A DNA stretch of 64,000 bases, from contig CAVZZA010000001.1 in NCBI GenBank assembly GCA_963779615.1, forward strand, positions 288,001 to 352,000. Reading direction: 5' to 3'. Under the pieces are notes generated by a model, which was given only the letters and a program-made list of their open reading frames with translations, ran no database searches and was not told where the DNA came from. Below, in pieces: positions 42,208-53,117 of this stretch; the first letter of the stretch is position 1; each line of letters opens with the position of its first letter. Made by a program: the position numbers and the translations under genes. This DNA comes from an uncultured Nitrososphaeraceae archaeon (GTDB lineage: Archaea > Thermoproteota > Nitrososphaeria > Nitrososphaerales > Nitrososphaeraceae).

Positions 42208-42801
42208 TTAATAAAAAATTAACGGGTCATTTTTTGATTCATATTTTTTAATGGAGTTTTCGAATTTTAATGTTGTAGAGATTTCATCAATACCTTCTAA
42301 CAAAAAACGCTTTAAGGTTGAGTCAATATCAAATTTGTGAATATCTGAATTTACTTTTACAGTCTGGTTTAGTAAATCAATTTCTACATCTTGATTTATT
42401 GTTGATGAAAACATATGATCAATTTTATCTTTATCTAATTTAATAATCAAAACACCGTTTTTAAAGCAATTGTTATAAAAAATATCGGCAAAAGAAATTC
42501 CCAGGATTACTTTAAATCCAAAATCTTTGAGTGCCCATACGGCATGTTCTCTTGAGCTGCCTATACCAAAATTCTCCCTTGTTAAAAGAATTTGCCTTCC
42601 CTTAAATTCAGGAAAATTTAAAACAAAGTTGGATTTGTCATTGCCATTCTTATCATAACGCCAGTCGTAAAACAAGTATTTTCCATATCCAGCCTTTCCC
42701 AAAAGTTTCAGGAATTGTTTGGGAATGATTTGATCGGTATCAACGTTAACTATATCAAGTGGAACTGCTTTGCTTTTTAGGTATTTAAACGACTCCATCA
42801 A
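42208..42801 (-). CDS. leuD: 3-isopropylmalate dehydratase small subunit
   Basis: NVDTDQIIPKQFL, NFGIGSSREHAVWAL and SFADIFYNN motifs. Confidence 0.96.
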   Translation of the reverse strand: MMESFKYLKSKAVPLDIVNVDTDQIIPKQFLKLLGKAGYGKYLFYDWRYDKNGNDKSNFVLNFPEFKGRQILLTRENFGIGSSREHAVWALKDFGFKVILGISFADIFYNNCFKNGVLIIKLDKDKIDHMFSSTINQDVEIDLLNQTVKVNSDIHKFDIDSTLKRFLLEGIDEISTTLKFENSIKKYESKNDPLIFY

Positions 42802-42829
42802 GTCAGTTAATGTCTTTTACCATATTAAT

Positions 42830-44251
42830 TTAGATCCATTCTCTGACATCAACGAACTTGCCTGCAACAGCAGCTGCAGCAGCCATAACTGGGCTGACTA
42901 AATGAGTCCTTCCGCCTGTACCCTGTCTCCCTTCAAAATTTCTATTAGAGGTACTAGCGCATCTTTCACCGGGTAAAAGTATATCGGGATTCATTCCCAG
43001 ACACATGCTACAACCAGACTCACGCCACTCAAACCCGGCATCCACAAATATTTTGTCAAGTCCTAGTTTTTCAGCAGACATCTTTACTTGTTGAGAACCT
43101 GGGACAACCATGGCTTTGACATGTGAAGAAATTTTTTTGTCTTTTAATACTATGGATGCTTCTATTAGATCTTCCAATCTTGCATTTGTGCACGAGCCTA
43201 TAAAAACCCTATCTACGGATAGATCGGTTATTGGCAAACCAGGAGTCAGGTCCATATACTTTAATGCTCGAATTGCAGATTTTTTCTCCTCTTCGTTTCC
43301 CTTAGCATATTCATCAGGATTTGGAATCGTAGAAGTTACATCAATAGTCATGGCAGGGTTGGTTCCCCAAGTAACCTGAGGGACAATGTCATCAACGTTT
43401 AGCATGAATGATTTATCATATTTTGCATCATTATCAGATCCAAGGTCCCTCCAAGTATTTAGCAATCTTTCAAAGGATTCATTTTTTGGAGAGTATTTTT
43501 TTTCTCGCAGGTAATCAAAGGTTATATCATCAGGGGATACAAGTCCAGCCCGAGCACCAGCCTCAATTGACATATTGCATATTGTCATTCTTTTTTCCAT
43601 TGAAAGTTTTGAAATAAAACTTCCTTGGTATTCAATTACAGAGCCTGAACCTCCAGACGTACCTATTTTCTTAATAATTGACAATATAACATCTTTTGCA
43701 GAAATAGCAAGATCATTTTTTAGACTGCTATTCAAAATAATTTCAAAGTTTTTGGCCTTTTTCATCCACAAACATTGAGTGGCCAATACATGCTCTACAT
43801 CACTAGTGCCTATTCCAAAGGCCAATGCGCCGAATGCACCATGGGTAGAGGTATGACTATCTCCACAAACAATTGTTGTTCCAGGAAGCGTCAAACCCAA
43901 TTCCGGACCAATCACATGAACAATGCCTTGATATTGATCATTTATGTCAAAAAGGGTTATTCCAAAATCCTCGCAATTTTTTTGCAAAGACTTTATTTGT
44001 AGTGAAGAAATCTCGTCGACTAATGGTAACGATCTATCTGTAGTGGGAACATTATGATCAACAGTGGCAAAAGTAAGATTAGGTTTTCGCACTTTTCGAC
44101 CATTCATCCTAAGACCATCAAATGCCTGTGGAGAAGTAACTTCATGGATAAAATGCCTATCAACATAAATTAATGAAGGACTATCATCGTCAACATCATC
44201 AGAATATACTAAATGATTTTTCCAGATTTTATCATAAGCCGTTTTTGCCAA
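42830..44251 (-). CDS. leuC: 3-isopropylmalate dehydratase large subunit
   Basis: [29 protein letters not shown] and [12 protein letters not shown] motifs. Confidence 0.97.
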   Translation of the reverse strand: MAKTAYDKIWKNHLVYSDDVDDDSPSLIYVDRHFIHEVTSPQAFDGLRMNGRKVRKPNLTFATVDHNVPTTDRSLPLVDEISSLQIKSLQKNCEDFGITLFDINDQYQGIVHVIGPELGLTLPGTTIVCGDSHTSTHGAFGALAFGIGTSDVEHVLATQCLWMKKAKNFEIILNSSLKNDLAISAKDVILSIIKKIGTSGGSGSVIEYQGSFISKLSMEKRMTICNMSIEAGARAGLVSPDDITFDYLREKKYSPKNESFERLLNTWRDLGSDNDAKYDKSFMLNVDDIVPQVTWGTNPAMTIDVTSTIPNPDEYAKGNEEEKKSAIRALKYMDLTPGLPITDLSVDRVFIGSCTNARLEDLIEASIVLKDKKISSHVKAMVVPGSQQVKMSAEKLGLDKIFVDAGFEWRESGCSMCLGMNPDILLPGERCASTSNRNFEGRQGTGGRTHLVSPVMAAAAAVAGKFVDVREWI

Positions 44252-44343
44252 ATACTAATTATTAGTAGAAGAAGTATAATAATTATCTTATAATTTGTGC
44301 CAATCAATAATGCTTAAATGTAGTCAAATATTAGTTGATATAA

Positions 44344-45018
44344 ATGCACATTAATGAGCAGATTAATGATAATCGTTATCCTCAGTATATCTTAGATCAA
44401 ATTAAAAAAGGAACGACCACATGTGCAATTACATGCACCGATGGAGTGGTTTTAGCTGCCGACACTAGAGCAAGTGCAGGTTTTTTCATAGCAGATAGAC
44501 ATGTAATGAAAATACAAAAGGTAGATGAACATTTAGGCATGACAATTGCAGGAGGAGTTGCAGATGCTCAAAATCTTGTAGACACAATGAGATATAATTC
44601 AAACATTTACAGATTATCCAAAAAAGAATTAATTCCGGTTAGCTCTGCTGCAAGGCTTTGTTCTAATATATTATTTAATCAAAGATATTTCCCGTACTAT
44701 GTTCAAATTATTATGGCGGGGTTTGATCATCGAGAAAAAGAGGGAAAAATATACAACATTGACTTGTTCGGGTCAATGACCACAGAAAAATTCATTTCCA
44801 CCGGAAGCGGTTCACCAGTAGCATACGGATATTTAGAGTCAGAATTTAAAGATGGAATTAGTGTAAACGAAGCTTATAAAATAGCTATTCAATCTATAGC
44901 TGCAGCGATTAGAAGAAATGCAGGGACTGGAGATAGCATAAATGCTGTAATAATAGACAAAAATGGATACAGAGAATTGACCAAAGAAGAAAAAGACAGC
45001 GTAGGCGCTAAATTTTAG
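44344..45018 (+). CDS. psmB: Proteasome beta subunit
   Basis: Propeptide then G|TTT, ADTRAS, AGGVADAQ and TGSGS motifs. Confidence 0.95.
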   Translation: MHINEQINDNRYPQYILDQIKKGTTTCAITCTDGVVLAADTRASAGFFIADRHVMKIQKVDEHLGMTIAGGVADAQNLVDTMRYNSNIYRLSKKELIPVSSAARLCSNILFNQRYFPYYVQIIMAGFDHREKEGKIYNIDLFGSMTTEKFISTGSGSPVAYGYLESEFKDGISVNEAYKIAIQSIAAAIRRNAGTGDSINAVIIDKNGYRELTKEEKDSVGAKF

Positions 45019-45048
45019 GTTGTTTAGAAATAAATAGAATCATAAAAA

Positions 45049-46638
45049 TCAATTGATCTTATTTGTATCAATAAAATCTTCAATTTTTATTTCTGTTTCA
45101 CCAGCAAAGTCTAGATATGGTAAAATTTTTTTCATAAAAGAGTCAGCAATTATATGAACAGTTTTAAAATGGTTAGTCTTTAAAAAAGAGTTAAACAGTT
45201 TTATAAACTCATCAAAGTCTTGAGATTCAAAATCACTAGCATGCGTAGAAAAAACATTGTGAGAAGCAGGATATATATCAGAGATCTCAACAGGAATTAA
45301 TCCAAAAAATGGGTTATAAAGGCAAAAAATAGAGGAGGAGGAATGTTTATCAATCAAGTTTTTAAATACATTAGATAAATAAAACGGTCTTGTGCCCTGG
45401 TCAGGATAAAGCAACAGAACATCATTAAAAAACGGTTTATAGTTGTTTATCAGCATGTTTCGAAAATTTTTGAGTTCAGGTCTATATTGATTTATTGGTT
45501 CAAACAAATAGATTGCTTTTTGTTTAAACAAAGGAGTGTGATTTTTCAAATATTCAAAGTTTTTAACGACATGTATTGCATCCATTAATTTTGGATGAGA
45601 CCTGGCTTTTTGCAAAATGTACTCCCAAAGCCTTCCATCTAATATGGACTGCTTTACAAAGGAAATTTCTTGTTTAAGAACAAACAAATTATGTTTTGCT
45701 AGATTAGTGACCCTGGTTTCCTCGTCTTCATTTAATAATTCTTTAACGGTATAGTAAGAACAAACAGGACAGCAACAAGGAAAATAGGACAAAGCATCTA
45801 GCCTCAGGGTTCCATGAGAATACATATAACGATTATCCTTTGCATATAAGATGTATGATGCTGAATCAAAGGTATCACATCCTAAAGCTACAGCAAGAGG
45901 AATGGTCAATGGATGGCCAGCACCAAATAAGTGAATAGGTTTATCAGGTACTGCCAATTTTGTTGTTTTGATAAGTTGTGCCAATATAGAAAAGTTATAG
46001 GACTCCATTAGTTCAACTGGGCTTCCTATGGCAAGAAATTGGAATCCCATTTTATCCAGAGCAGATGCAGAATATTTGACTAGATCAAAGTGCTCTGCAC
46101 CTTGAATTGTTCCAGCCCATATCTCACCTTTGGATGAAAGGAAATCAGAGTCGATACTGAAATTATTTTTTACTTTATTTTCTTTTATTATTTCAACTGT
46201 TTCTTTTATATTAGAAATAGTTTCGTCTACGTAGGATTTTGCGAGAGGATATGATAATCCATATCCTGTGGGTTTATCCAATGGAACTGGAATATCACTA
46301 CCGATATCAAGTTCAAATTGAGCCATGGTTGAAGGAGATACGCCAACTGATCCATATTCAAGAACTTGATAGCCTCCGGAATCAGTCATTATAGGTCCAT
46401 CAAAATTTACAATATTATGTATTCCATATTTTCTGGCTTTATCTCCATGTTTTCTAAATGCAATATATGCATTTGTTATTATGCAATCAAATCCAAGGCT
46501 TTTTAAAAAAGAGGGACTGATTTGTTGTTTGATGGGGTGAATTACAGGTATAAACGACGGCGTTTCAAAAGAACCATGCAGAGTGGTAAATTTTCCGATT
46601 CGGGCAGCCAGATCTGTATCTTTCACCTCAAAAAACAA
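45049..46638 (-). CDS. tgtA: Archaeosine tRNA-guanine transglycosylase
   Basis: MTDSGGYQ, HLFGAGHP, GCDTFDSASY and CCCPVC motifs. Confidence 0.95.
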   Translation of the reverse strand: MFFEVKDTDLAARIGKFTTLHGSFETPSFIPVIHPIKQQISPSFLKSLGFDCIITNAYIAFRKHGDKARKYGIHNIVNFDGPIMTDSGGYQVLEYGSVGVSPSTMAQFELDIGSDIPVPLDKPTGYGLSYPLAKSYVDETISNIKETVEIIKENKVKNNFSIDSDFLSSKGEIWAGTIQGAEHFDLVKYSASALDKMGFQFLAIGSPVELMESYNFSILAQLIKTTKLAVPDKPIHLFGAGHPLTIPLAVALGCDTFDSASYILYAKDNRYMYSHGTLRLDALSYFPCCCPVCSYYTVKELLNEDEETRVTNLAKHNLFVLKQEISFVKQSILDGRLWEYILQKARSHPKLMDAIHVVKNFEYLKNHTPLFKQKAIYLFEPINQYRPELKNFRNMLINNYKPFFNDVLLLYPDQGTRPFYLSNVFKNLIDKHSSSSIFCLYNPFFGLIPVEISDIYPASHNVFSTHASDFESQDFDEFIKLFNSFLKTNHFKTVHIIADSFMKKILPYLDFAGETEIKIEDFIDTNKIN

Positions 46639-46640
46639 AA

Positions 46641-47054
46641 CTAATTCTTTGGCTCCTTAATGAATTCATCATAAATAGCTTTAACTCTAGAAGCCGCTAA
46701 TCCAGAACCCTCCTCTATACCCGACTCTGTAACCTTAATTTTGTCCATTACAATTATAGCACCTATATCTTCTCGAATTTTAACTAAACCCGGAAATATA
46801 CGAGACAGTCTATCAGAAAGGGCCTTAAGGTCAAATGGCCTTTCTAATAATTTAATTTCTTTTACAAACGATCCATTTACCATCAATTTCTGAATTTGTT
46901 GGGATTCAACGTTATCCAATATCAAATCAAATTTTTCACTAAGTCCAACCAAAACACCAGAATAATTTTTATTATCTGAAGTTTCAATGGAGACTTTTTT
47001 TCCTAGAAATTGTATACTTTCTTCAGCAAACTTTCTTGAAATTAAAGCAGCCAT
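46641..47054 (-). CDS. Sm-like (Lsm/SmAP3-type) RNA-binding protein
   Basis: Sm fold N-terminus plus C-terminal extension IIVMDKIKVTESGIEEGSG. Confidence 0.85.
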   Translation of the reverse strand: MAALISRKFAEESIQFLGKKVSIETSDNKNYSGVLVGLSEKFDLILDNVESQQIQKLMVNGSFVKEIKLLERPFDLKALSDRLSRIFPGLVKIREDIGAIIVMDKIKVTESGIEEGSGLAASRVKAIYDEFIKEPKN

Positions 47055-47111
47055 GATTCAAATGGATCATATCGCAGGGCATATATATATGGAATCAGTT
47101 TTATTTTGGGT

Positions 47112-47744
47112 TCACATTAAGAATTTAACCATCTGAGGATCATCCTGGATAAGAGGCAACCAATCTATTATTCCAAATTCTCTCAAATTTTTGTTGGTGT
47201 ACATATCTATAATTTTTTGTGCGGACATATAGGGCAAAACATTTTCACTTATTTCTATCTCACTGATATCTTTTTTATTGAATTTCTTTAAAAAATCATA
47301 AGATATAATTCCCAAAATTTCAGATACTACATTATCATAAATTTTTTTTTTTGAATATGATCGTATTTCATATATTTTTTTAAGTTCATATGGGCTCCTT
47401 CTCAAAACTATTATAAAATCTACCAAAACCGGATCTACAACATATGGAGCAAGATGACCGACTATAATTGCATCATCATATTCTTTTGTGGTAAGTATTA
47501 ATTTTAATGAATTAAATGTTTTTTCAATATTTACTTCATTTCCATACGAAGAAGATGAAGAGGGAATTAAAAGATTTTCAGATAATATAACCTTGTTTAT
47601 ATCCAAAATAGGAATTCCATTCAACATTCTGGAGAGTTCAATAGAAATAGTATGTTTTCCAACGCCGGGTGTCCCAGAAACTATAACTTTCAGAAGTACA
47701 ACGCCTATTTTATTTATTTTTATAAATGTTTTTAATTTTTTCAA
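47112..47744 (-). CDS. Adenylate kinase / Fap7 (AK6)-like NMP kinase
   Basis: SGTPGVGKHT, IVGH, VLRRSP and NVVSEILG motifs. Confidence 0.85.
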   Translation of the reverse strand: MKKLKTFIKINKIGVVLLKVIVSGTPGVGKHTISIELSRMLNGIPILDINKVILSENLLIPSSSSSYGNEVNIEKTFNSLKLILTTKEYDDAIIVGHLAPYVVDPVLVDFIIVLRRSPYELKKIYEIRSYSKKKIYDNVVSEILGIISYDFLKKFNKKDISEIEISENVLPYMSAQKIIDMYTNKNLREFGIIDWLPLIQDDPQMVKFLM

Positions 47745-47762
47745 ACACAGTAAAAGAATAAC

Positions 47763-47948
47763 CTAAGAATAATCATTAAAAACATTGTTTACATAATCTG
47801 TCAGTTCGTCTCGTAATTTAATTACATTAGACCTTTTATCACCATCCAAATTAGTGTGAAGTAATGCATCTAATCCCTCAACCAAGTATTTTATATTTGA
47901 AAACGTTAGCAAAGTTTTATGATCAAGATTATCGAGATTATCTTCCAT
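47763..47948 (-). CDS. Small hypothetical protein
   Basis: 61-aa ATG ORF co-oriented with its neighbours. Confidence 0.5.
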   Translation of the reverse strand: MEDNLDNLDHKTLLTFSNIKYLVEGLDALLHTNLDGDKRSNVIKLRDELTDYVNNVFNDYS

Positions 47949-47972
47949 CTCGATAATGTAGTTTGCAGATTG

Positions 47973-48140
47973 TTAAAGTTTATGGTGGAAGAGTAATGAT
48001 GGGTAAATTTTAATTGTTGAAAGGATAGGCACAAACCATTCATCCACATGTTTTCTAAAAGATAGAATTACGAATAAGCGGAATACAGCTACCGCAGCCC
48101 ATATTCCCCACAGTATTAAAATTGGCTCAAACCAACACAA
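47973..48140 (-). CDS. Possible small membrane protein (55 aa)
   Basis: TTG after GGAGGT; MCWFEPILILWGIWAAVAVFRLFVILSFRK... Confidence 0.35.
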   Translation of the reverse strand: MCWFEPILILWGIWAAVAVFRLFVILSFRKHVDEWFVPILSTIKIYPSLLFHHKL

Positions 48141-48406
48141 TTACCTCCAAAACTACAGCAAGGACTATCATTCATTCATTTATTGCGATTCATGCGTTAA
48201 ACTAGATTGTTAACATAATAAGAGAAAAGATAATTTAAAAAGTTCAGAACGCATTAACAATTATTGTCATTTACCATAATAGAAATAAACAATCCGCGTC
48301 AATCCGAAAAGTTTTACATTTTTAAAGGATTAGTTAATGAAGTTATATAACAAATCAACCATGTTCTACTATTTGATTCAAAAAAATGATTTGAAATGAC
48401 ATGCTT

Positions 48407-49534
48407 TCATTTACCCCTTTTTGAGCTTGTTTCTTCATCCAAATCATCGGCTCCTTTCTCTGTTACAGTGAATTTTGTATCAGAATAAGGATGATAAGGA
48501 GAATCTATCATTTTTGCAGATCTGTTTTCGCCAGACTTTCGAAGATAAATTCGATAAGTAGAAGCATGACCTAAAATGTTTCCACCAGCAGCTTTTGTAG
48601 GATCTCCAAAAAAAGTATCAGGAGACGATTGAACCTGATTGGTTATTACAACTGATATGTTATAAATTTCAGCTAGTCTGATTATCTTATGTAACATGGT
48701 ATTAAGTCGTTGTTGTCTGTCGGACAATGTACCTCTTCCGGCAAATTCGGCCCTATGAAGAGAAATTATACTGTCGATTATAACCAAACGGGATTTAAAA
48801 TCAGTGATATATTTTCCTAAATCCTTTATGATTAGTTCCAAGTGAGAGCTATTGTACACTTTACAAACTGCAATACTTTTTAAAACATCTGTTGGATCAA
48901 GCCCGCGTGAAGCGGCTATTTGCTCAACGCGTTCAGGTCTAAATGTACCCTCCGTGTCAATATATATAGTGCCACTTCCGAATCCACCCATTTCGACTGG
49001 TTGATGAGCCGTAACACAAAGAGTATGGCAAATTTGAGATTTTCCAGAGCCAAACTCACCATAAAATTCTGTAATGGCCTGAGTTTCAATTCCGCCCAAA
49101 AGAAGTTTATCCAAAGCCTTTGAACCTGTAGTACAACGTAAGAGTGATTTTCTTTTTTCTAGTGCTACATCAGCAGTAACAAATTCTTTATCCAAAACAT
49201 TGGAATCTCGCAGCAATTGTTGTGCAGCGATAATGAATGCGGCTGCGCTTTCTTTAGAAGAGTTGATTTCCACGGATAACTCTTCTGAACTAGCAACCGC
49301 AAGATCCATAACAGTAAGTATTCCTCCATCACGAAGTTTTTTTGCAGTGGTTGGTCCTATGCCCGGAACATCCTGAATATCTAAATCATCAATAATAGTG
49401 GAAATAGATTTAGAATCGACAGTAGTTGTGGTTGTGGTGGTGGTGTTTGAAACATCCATACCGTCATTTGACACAGAAGAATCATTATTGACATCTTCAT
49501 CTTTGAATCGATCAGAGTTTTTTTTTTCTGCCAT
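48407..49534 (-). CDS. radA: DNA repair and recombination protein RadA
   Basis: HhH VPGIGP, GEFGSGKSQ, IDTEGTFRPER and GGNILGHAST motifs. Confidence 0.97.
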   Translation of the reverse strand: MAEKKNSDRFKDEDVNNDSSVSNDGMDVSNTTTTTTTTVDSKSISTIIDDLDIQDVPGIGPTTAKKLRDGGILTVMDLAVASSEELSVEINSSKESAAAFIIAAQQLLRDSNVLDKEFVTADVALEKRKSLLRCTTGSKALDKLLLGGIETQAITEFYGEFGSGKSQICHTLCVTAHQPVEMGGFGSGTIYIDTEGTFRPERVEQIAASRGLDPTDVLKSIAVCKVYNSSHLELIIKDLGKYITDFKSRLVIIDSIISLHRAEFAGRGTLSDRQQRLNTMLHKIIRLAEIYNISVVITNQVQSSPDTFFGDPTKAAGGNILGHASTYRIYLRKSGENRSAKMIDSPYHPYSDTKFTVTEKGADDLDEETSSKRGK

Positions 49535-49603
49535 ATCTACTATAATAAATTTCAGATATATTAAATAATTGAATGCCCAATAGTTTGAGTTTTGTTATGA
49601 ATG

Positions 49604-50359
49604 CTACTTGACATCCAAAATCAAAAGCTCATCATTCTTAAAGTTTTTAAACGAATCAACTATCCCATGGATGGGGTTATTAAGGAAAAGATCGCTAACA
49701 CTTTGTTTATCCAAAGATATCTCAATGGTATTGATTTTAGTTAGTTTTATTTTCACAGGTAAACCAGATTCGAATAGTTGACCATCTATAATAATGTCAA
49801 CATATCCATTTATTGTAGTATTGGTATATGGATTTAAAATAACCGACATATTTTTATTTTGAAAGTCAATTAGTTCTACGTAATGTTTTTCAAGTCCATC
49901 AGTGCTTAAAAGTTTAAAGGCGCTATGGAAATTTGTCACGGTACCTTTTGAAACGTTTAATATCCAATTTCCGGAAATCAATTTTGGAAATTCATATAAC
50001 GATGTATTCGCGTTTTTTTCATTTTTGGGGTTATCAAAATTAAACGGATTTGAAGGCTTGCTTATATCATGTTCCGAAATATTATAATATGGAAATAAAA
50101 CTGAAGATAATAATCCTTTTGCAAAAAAGGTATTTGAGCTATTAATTTCCAGAAGGCCACTATCACCAACTTCTGGTTTTGTGTCAAAAGGCGATGCAAA
50201 ATCATTTGATACCAGGTCATAAGTCATAACGTAATTTTTTGAATCAAATAAATTTGTTCCAAGACTGATTTTTGGATAGCCAATGCTAAAAAAGGGACAC
50301 ACAAAAAGAAAAGAACTAGAAAAAAGTAAAAAGAACAAGGTTAATGAATATTCAATCAA
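49604..50359 (-). CDS. Hypothetical secreted protein
   Basis: Signal-like N-terminus; ISGNWILNVSKG...PIHGIV thaumarchaeal-type pattern. Confidence 0.6.
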   Translation of the reverse strand: MIEYSLTLFFLLFSSSFLFVCPFFSIGYPKISLGTNLFDSKNYVMTYDLVSNDFASPFDTKPEVGDSGLLEINSSNTFFAKGLLSSVLFPYYNISEHDISKPSNPFNFDNPKNEKNANTSLYEFPKLISGNWILNVSKGTVTNFHSAFKLLSTDGLEKHYVELIDFQNKNMSVILNPYTNTTINGYVDIIIDGQLFESGLPVKIKLTKINTIEISLDKQSVSDLFLNNPIHGIVDSFKNFKNDELLILDVK

Positions 50360-50535
50360 TTTTATTTAAATTATTTAATTATGGGTACCTATAAAAAAGG
50401 TTTTATTGATAAGATATCGATAAGGGATTTATCTTTTGGCAGTTGGTTAAGAGATGGCACGACGTGAAATTTATTTACCCAGAGCGTAATTAACTTTAAG
50501 AATTTATGTTTAATTTGTTTCATATACAATAAAAA

Positions 50536-51588
50536 TTATTGAGTGGGTGGCATCAACATATTTGACATGTTCATCGGGGTTCCCATAGACATGGATCCAT
50601 TTTTGGATGGCATGAGAGTAAAGTCCATGGTTGAGGAAGAAGGGTTATTTGATGAAGTCTGATTATGCTTGCTCGCTATTTGCAAAACTACTGGTTTGGT
50701 GAGCATGAAATGCGCTACATCCTGTGTTTTATTGGATCCATCCACCACCAGGTTGTTAGTTACATCCACCCCATTAACAAGTCCGGTATAACTACCGGTA
50801 GCAGACAAAACGCTTGGTTTTGGCACATAAATTTCCTGATGAATATACACATTGTTATCTTTAGCGTTCAATCTATTCATGTCATAAATAAACGGCATAT
50901 CAAACGAAATTGCATTTGATTCGGGTACATAGGTGATATTGCCTATTTTATCGTAATAACCAAGTATCTTGATAGGAACAGGTTTACCGTCTATGTTAAA
51001 ATCTTTTTCTTTGAAGGCACCAACACTAAGCCAGCCATTAAATTCAGGTTGCTTATCATCAGGCAAAATCGTTCTGGAAAAATCGACAGTAACAATTCTC
51101 ACAATAAAATGGTATAACCCGCCTTCAGCAAATATCGGACCGGAAGCTACTACATAGCCCGATCCCTGGCTGGTATAAGCATTCAGAATAGGGTCAAGAT
51201 CTCCGGATACAGTAATCTTACTTGTATTTCTTGGCTGCATTTGGAGCAAAAGGTCCCCCTTTGGATTGTAAAACCAATCGGCTAACAATTGTTTCCCATT
51301 TTTCTCAATTGTGATAAAGTAGGTAACTTCTTTGAATGTCTGGTTAGTTTTTGCATCATATAGCTTAAACTCTATCACTGGCTTTTGAGACTCTTTTTGA
51401 ATCAATTCTGTAGTTACTACTGGTGGAGACATCTTTATCAATAGGTTTGCCTGGCGGTCTCCAAGAGACCCGGACAATTCTTCCATAAACAACCCATCTC
51501 CAAAAACGTTGCTAAATGTAAATGTATAGCTTGCAAATGATGTGATTAAAAGCATAAAAAAAAGACAAAAAGAAAAAACATTACTCAT
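50536..51588 (-). CDS. Secreted/surface thaumarchaeal protein
   Basis: Signal peptide, GDGL, GPIFAEGGLYH and a Met-rich C-tail. Confidence 0.65.
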   Translation of the reverse strand: MSNVFSFCLFFMLLITSFASYTFTFSNVFGDGLFMEELSGSLGDRQANLLIKMSPPVVTTELIQKESQKPVIEFKLYDAKTNQTFKEVTYFITIEKNGKQLLADWFYNPKGDLLLQMQPRNTSKITVSGDLDPILNAYTSQGSGYVVASGPIFAEGGLYHFIVRIVTVDFSRTILPDDKQPEFNGWLSVGAFKEKDFNIDGKPVPIKILGYYDKIGNITYVPESNAISFDMPFIYDMNRLNAKDNNVYIHQEIYVPKPSVLSATGSYTGLVNGVDVTNNLVVDGSNKTQDVAHFMLTKPVVLQIASKHNQTSSNNPSSSTMDFTLMPSKNGSMSMGTPMNMSNMLMPPTQ

Positions 51589-51677
51589 AATTAATGTTAT
51601 TCAGACATTTTCACATATTTATTACTATTGTCAATAAAACATAACAATCATATCATTGAAAAAATGATTACACAGGT

Positions 51678-52550
51678 ATGAAATTTTATTATGTTTTTAT
51701 TTTCTTGATAATCATATTTGCTTTTCAAACATTATTGTCAAATACAAGCTTTATTTTATTCAAATATCAAGAAACATTATCTTCCGCACTAGCTCAACTG
51801 GATTCCAACAAATCAAGTTCTCAAACAGTAGAATATTATGCCCGGTTTAATTGCGGTACAATTGACGACGATAACGGGCCGTTAAGACCTGGAAAATATG
51901 ATTCAGATATAACCATATTTAACAAGAAAAACTTTCCGTTAACAGTCATTTGGAAGGCAATAGAGGTCAACCAAGAATATAAAAACAACTTTAAAACATT
52001 AAACATACAGCCAGAAAGCATTGTAAACATTAATTGTGCAAAAATATTTCCTTCTCCGGCAATGGGAGTTTCCGATTTAGAAAGTAGATTTACTGAAGGA
52101 ATAGTGTTGATTAGAATAAGTGTAAACAATGGTCAACTGCTAAACAATTTTTTTAATAATCAAGATCCTTCATCATCCATAATTATCAATAAAGACGAAG
52201 TGGGAGATTTGGTCAATGTGGATGTATTGCACACGGTAAATACACTAAGTGATTTAAAGAAAGAGGCGTTTTATTTCAAAGTAGATTTTTCAGCAGAGCA
52301 ATCAAATGAAAAATTCAAAGACGGATATAAAAACAATTTTACAGCTATTTTTAAAGTTGAGCCAAATAGCATAATAGATCCCATTAAGCTGATAAAACAG
52401 AACCTAAACAAGGATTCCACAATTAGTCAACATCCATCTAACGATACAAAAGTAAAAATAACAAAGTCTGAAACGATTTCAAACAGCTATACAGATAACC
52501 ATGCATTAGCTTTTCAAAAAGTCATTCCCACAATTACGAATGAAAAATAA
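51678..52550 (+). CDS. Hypothetical secreted protein
   Basis: N-terminal TM; YYARFNCG...PLRPGKYDSDITIFN. Confidence 0.6.
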   Translation: MKFYYVFIFLIIIFAFQTLLSNTSFILFKYQETLSSALAQLDSNKSSSQTVEYYARFNCGTIDDDNGPLRPGKYDSDITIFNKKNFPLTVIWKAIEVNQEYKNNFKTLNIQPESIVNINCAKIFPSPAMGVSDLESRFTEGIVLIRISVNNGQLLNNFFNNQDPSSSIIINKDEVGDLVNVDVLHTVNTLSDLKKEAFYFKVDFSAEQSNEKFKDGYKNNFTAIFKVEPNSIIDPIKLIKQNLNKDSTISQHPSNDTKVKITKSETISNSYTDNHALAFQKVIPTITNEK

Positions 52551-52639
52551 ACCACAGGTTTTTTGTATTCTAATTTTTTTTGATCTAGCCTTGTTATTAA
52601 TAAATACCTTAATAAAAAATATTTTTTGTACACTCCACA

Positions 52640-53116
52640 TTAAGGAGGTTTATCTTTTTTGTCTTGATCCAAATCAAAATCTCGAGATTGTTTTAGTTTT
52701 TCAGAAAAGCTAATTGTTTTGCCATGATCGGAGATAGAAATATTGGTATTTATTCGAATGTTCAACCCTAATGATCTAAAAACACTAAGTAGGTCACCAC
52801 CTGATATTTTTGAAATTTCCCCATAACGTATCAATTCGTTTAATCTTTTGACAATGGTTTTAGTTTGGAAAGGAAATTGTTGCTCTGCAATATCTAATAC
52901 TTCAGTGCCACGGTCATACAAATAACTTGTCAGAAAATCTCGCTCAGATACACCATCTGCCGTTGTGGATTTTTTTTGATTTAATTCATTTTGCTCAGAA
53001 ATTTTTTTTTCTTTCTCCTTAGACGCAAATTGCTCTTTGAGAGCTTTCATTTTTCTAGCATTAATTAATTCAAGATCTGGATCAGGAGTATTTGGGTTTT
53101 CGTTATTGTCAGTCAT
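52640..53116 (-). CDS. PDCD5/TFAR19-like DNA-binding protein
   Basis: DPDLELINARKMKAL...RGTEVL...ISGGDLLSVFRSLG. Confidence 0.6.
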   Translation of the reverse strand: MTDNNENPNTPDPDLELINARKMKALKEQFASKEKEKKISEQNELNQKKSTTADGVSERDFLTSYLYDRGTEVLDIAEQQFPFQTKTIVKRLNELIRYGEISKISGGDLLSVFRSLGLNIRINTNISISDHGKTISFSEKLKQSRDFDLDQDKKDKPP

Positions 53117-53117
53117 T

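Noticed and set aside
47080-47092. CATATATATATG upstream of the Sm-like gene as another Pho-like box
   Set aside because: Simple TA run at the TATA position, not a periodic CTATATAG array.
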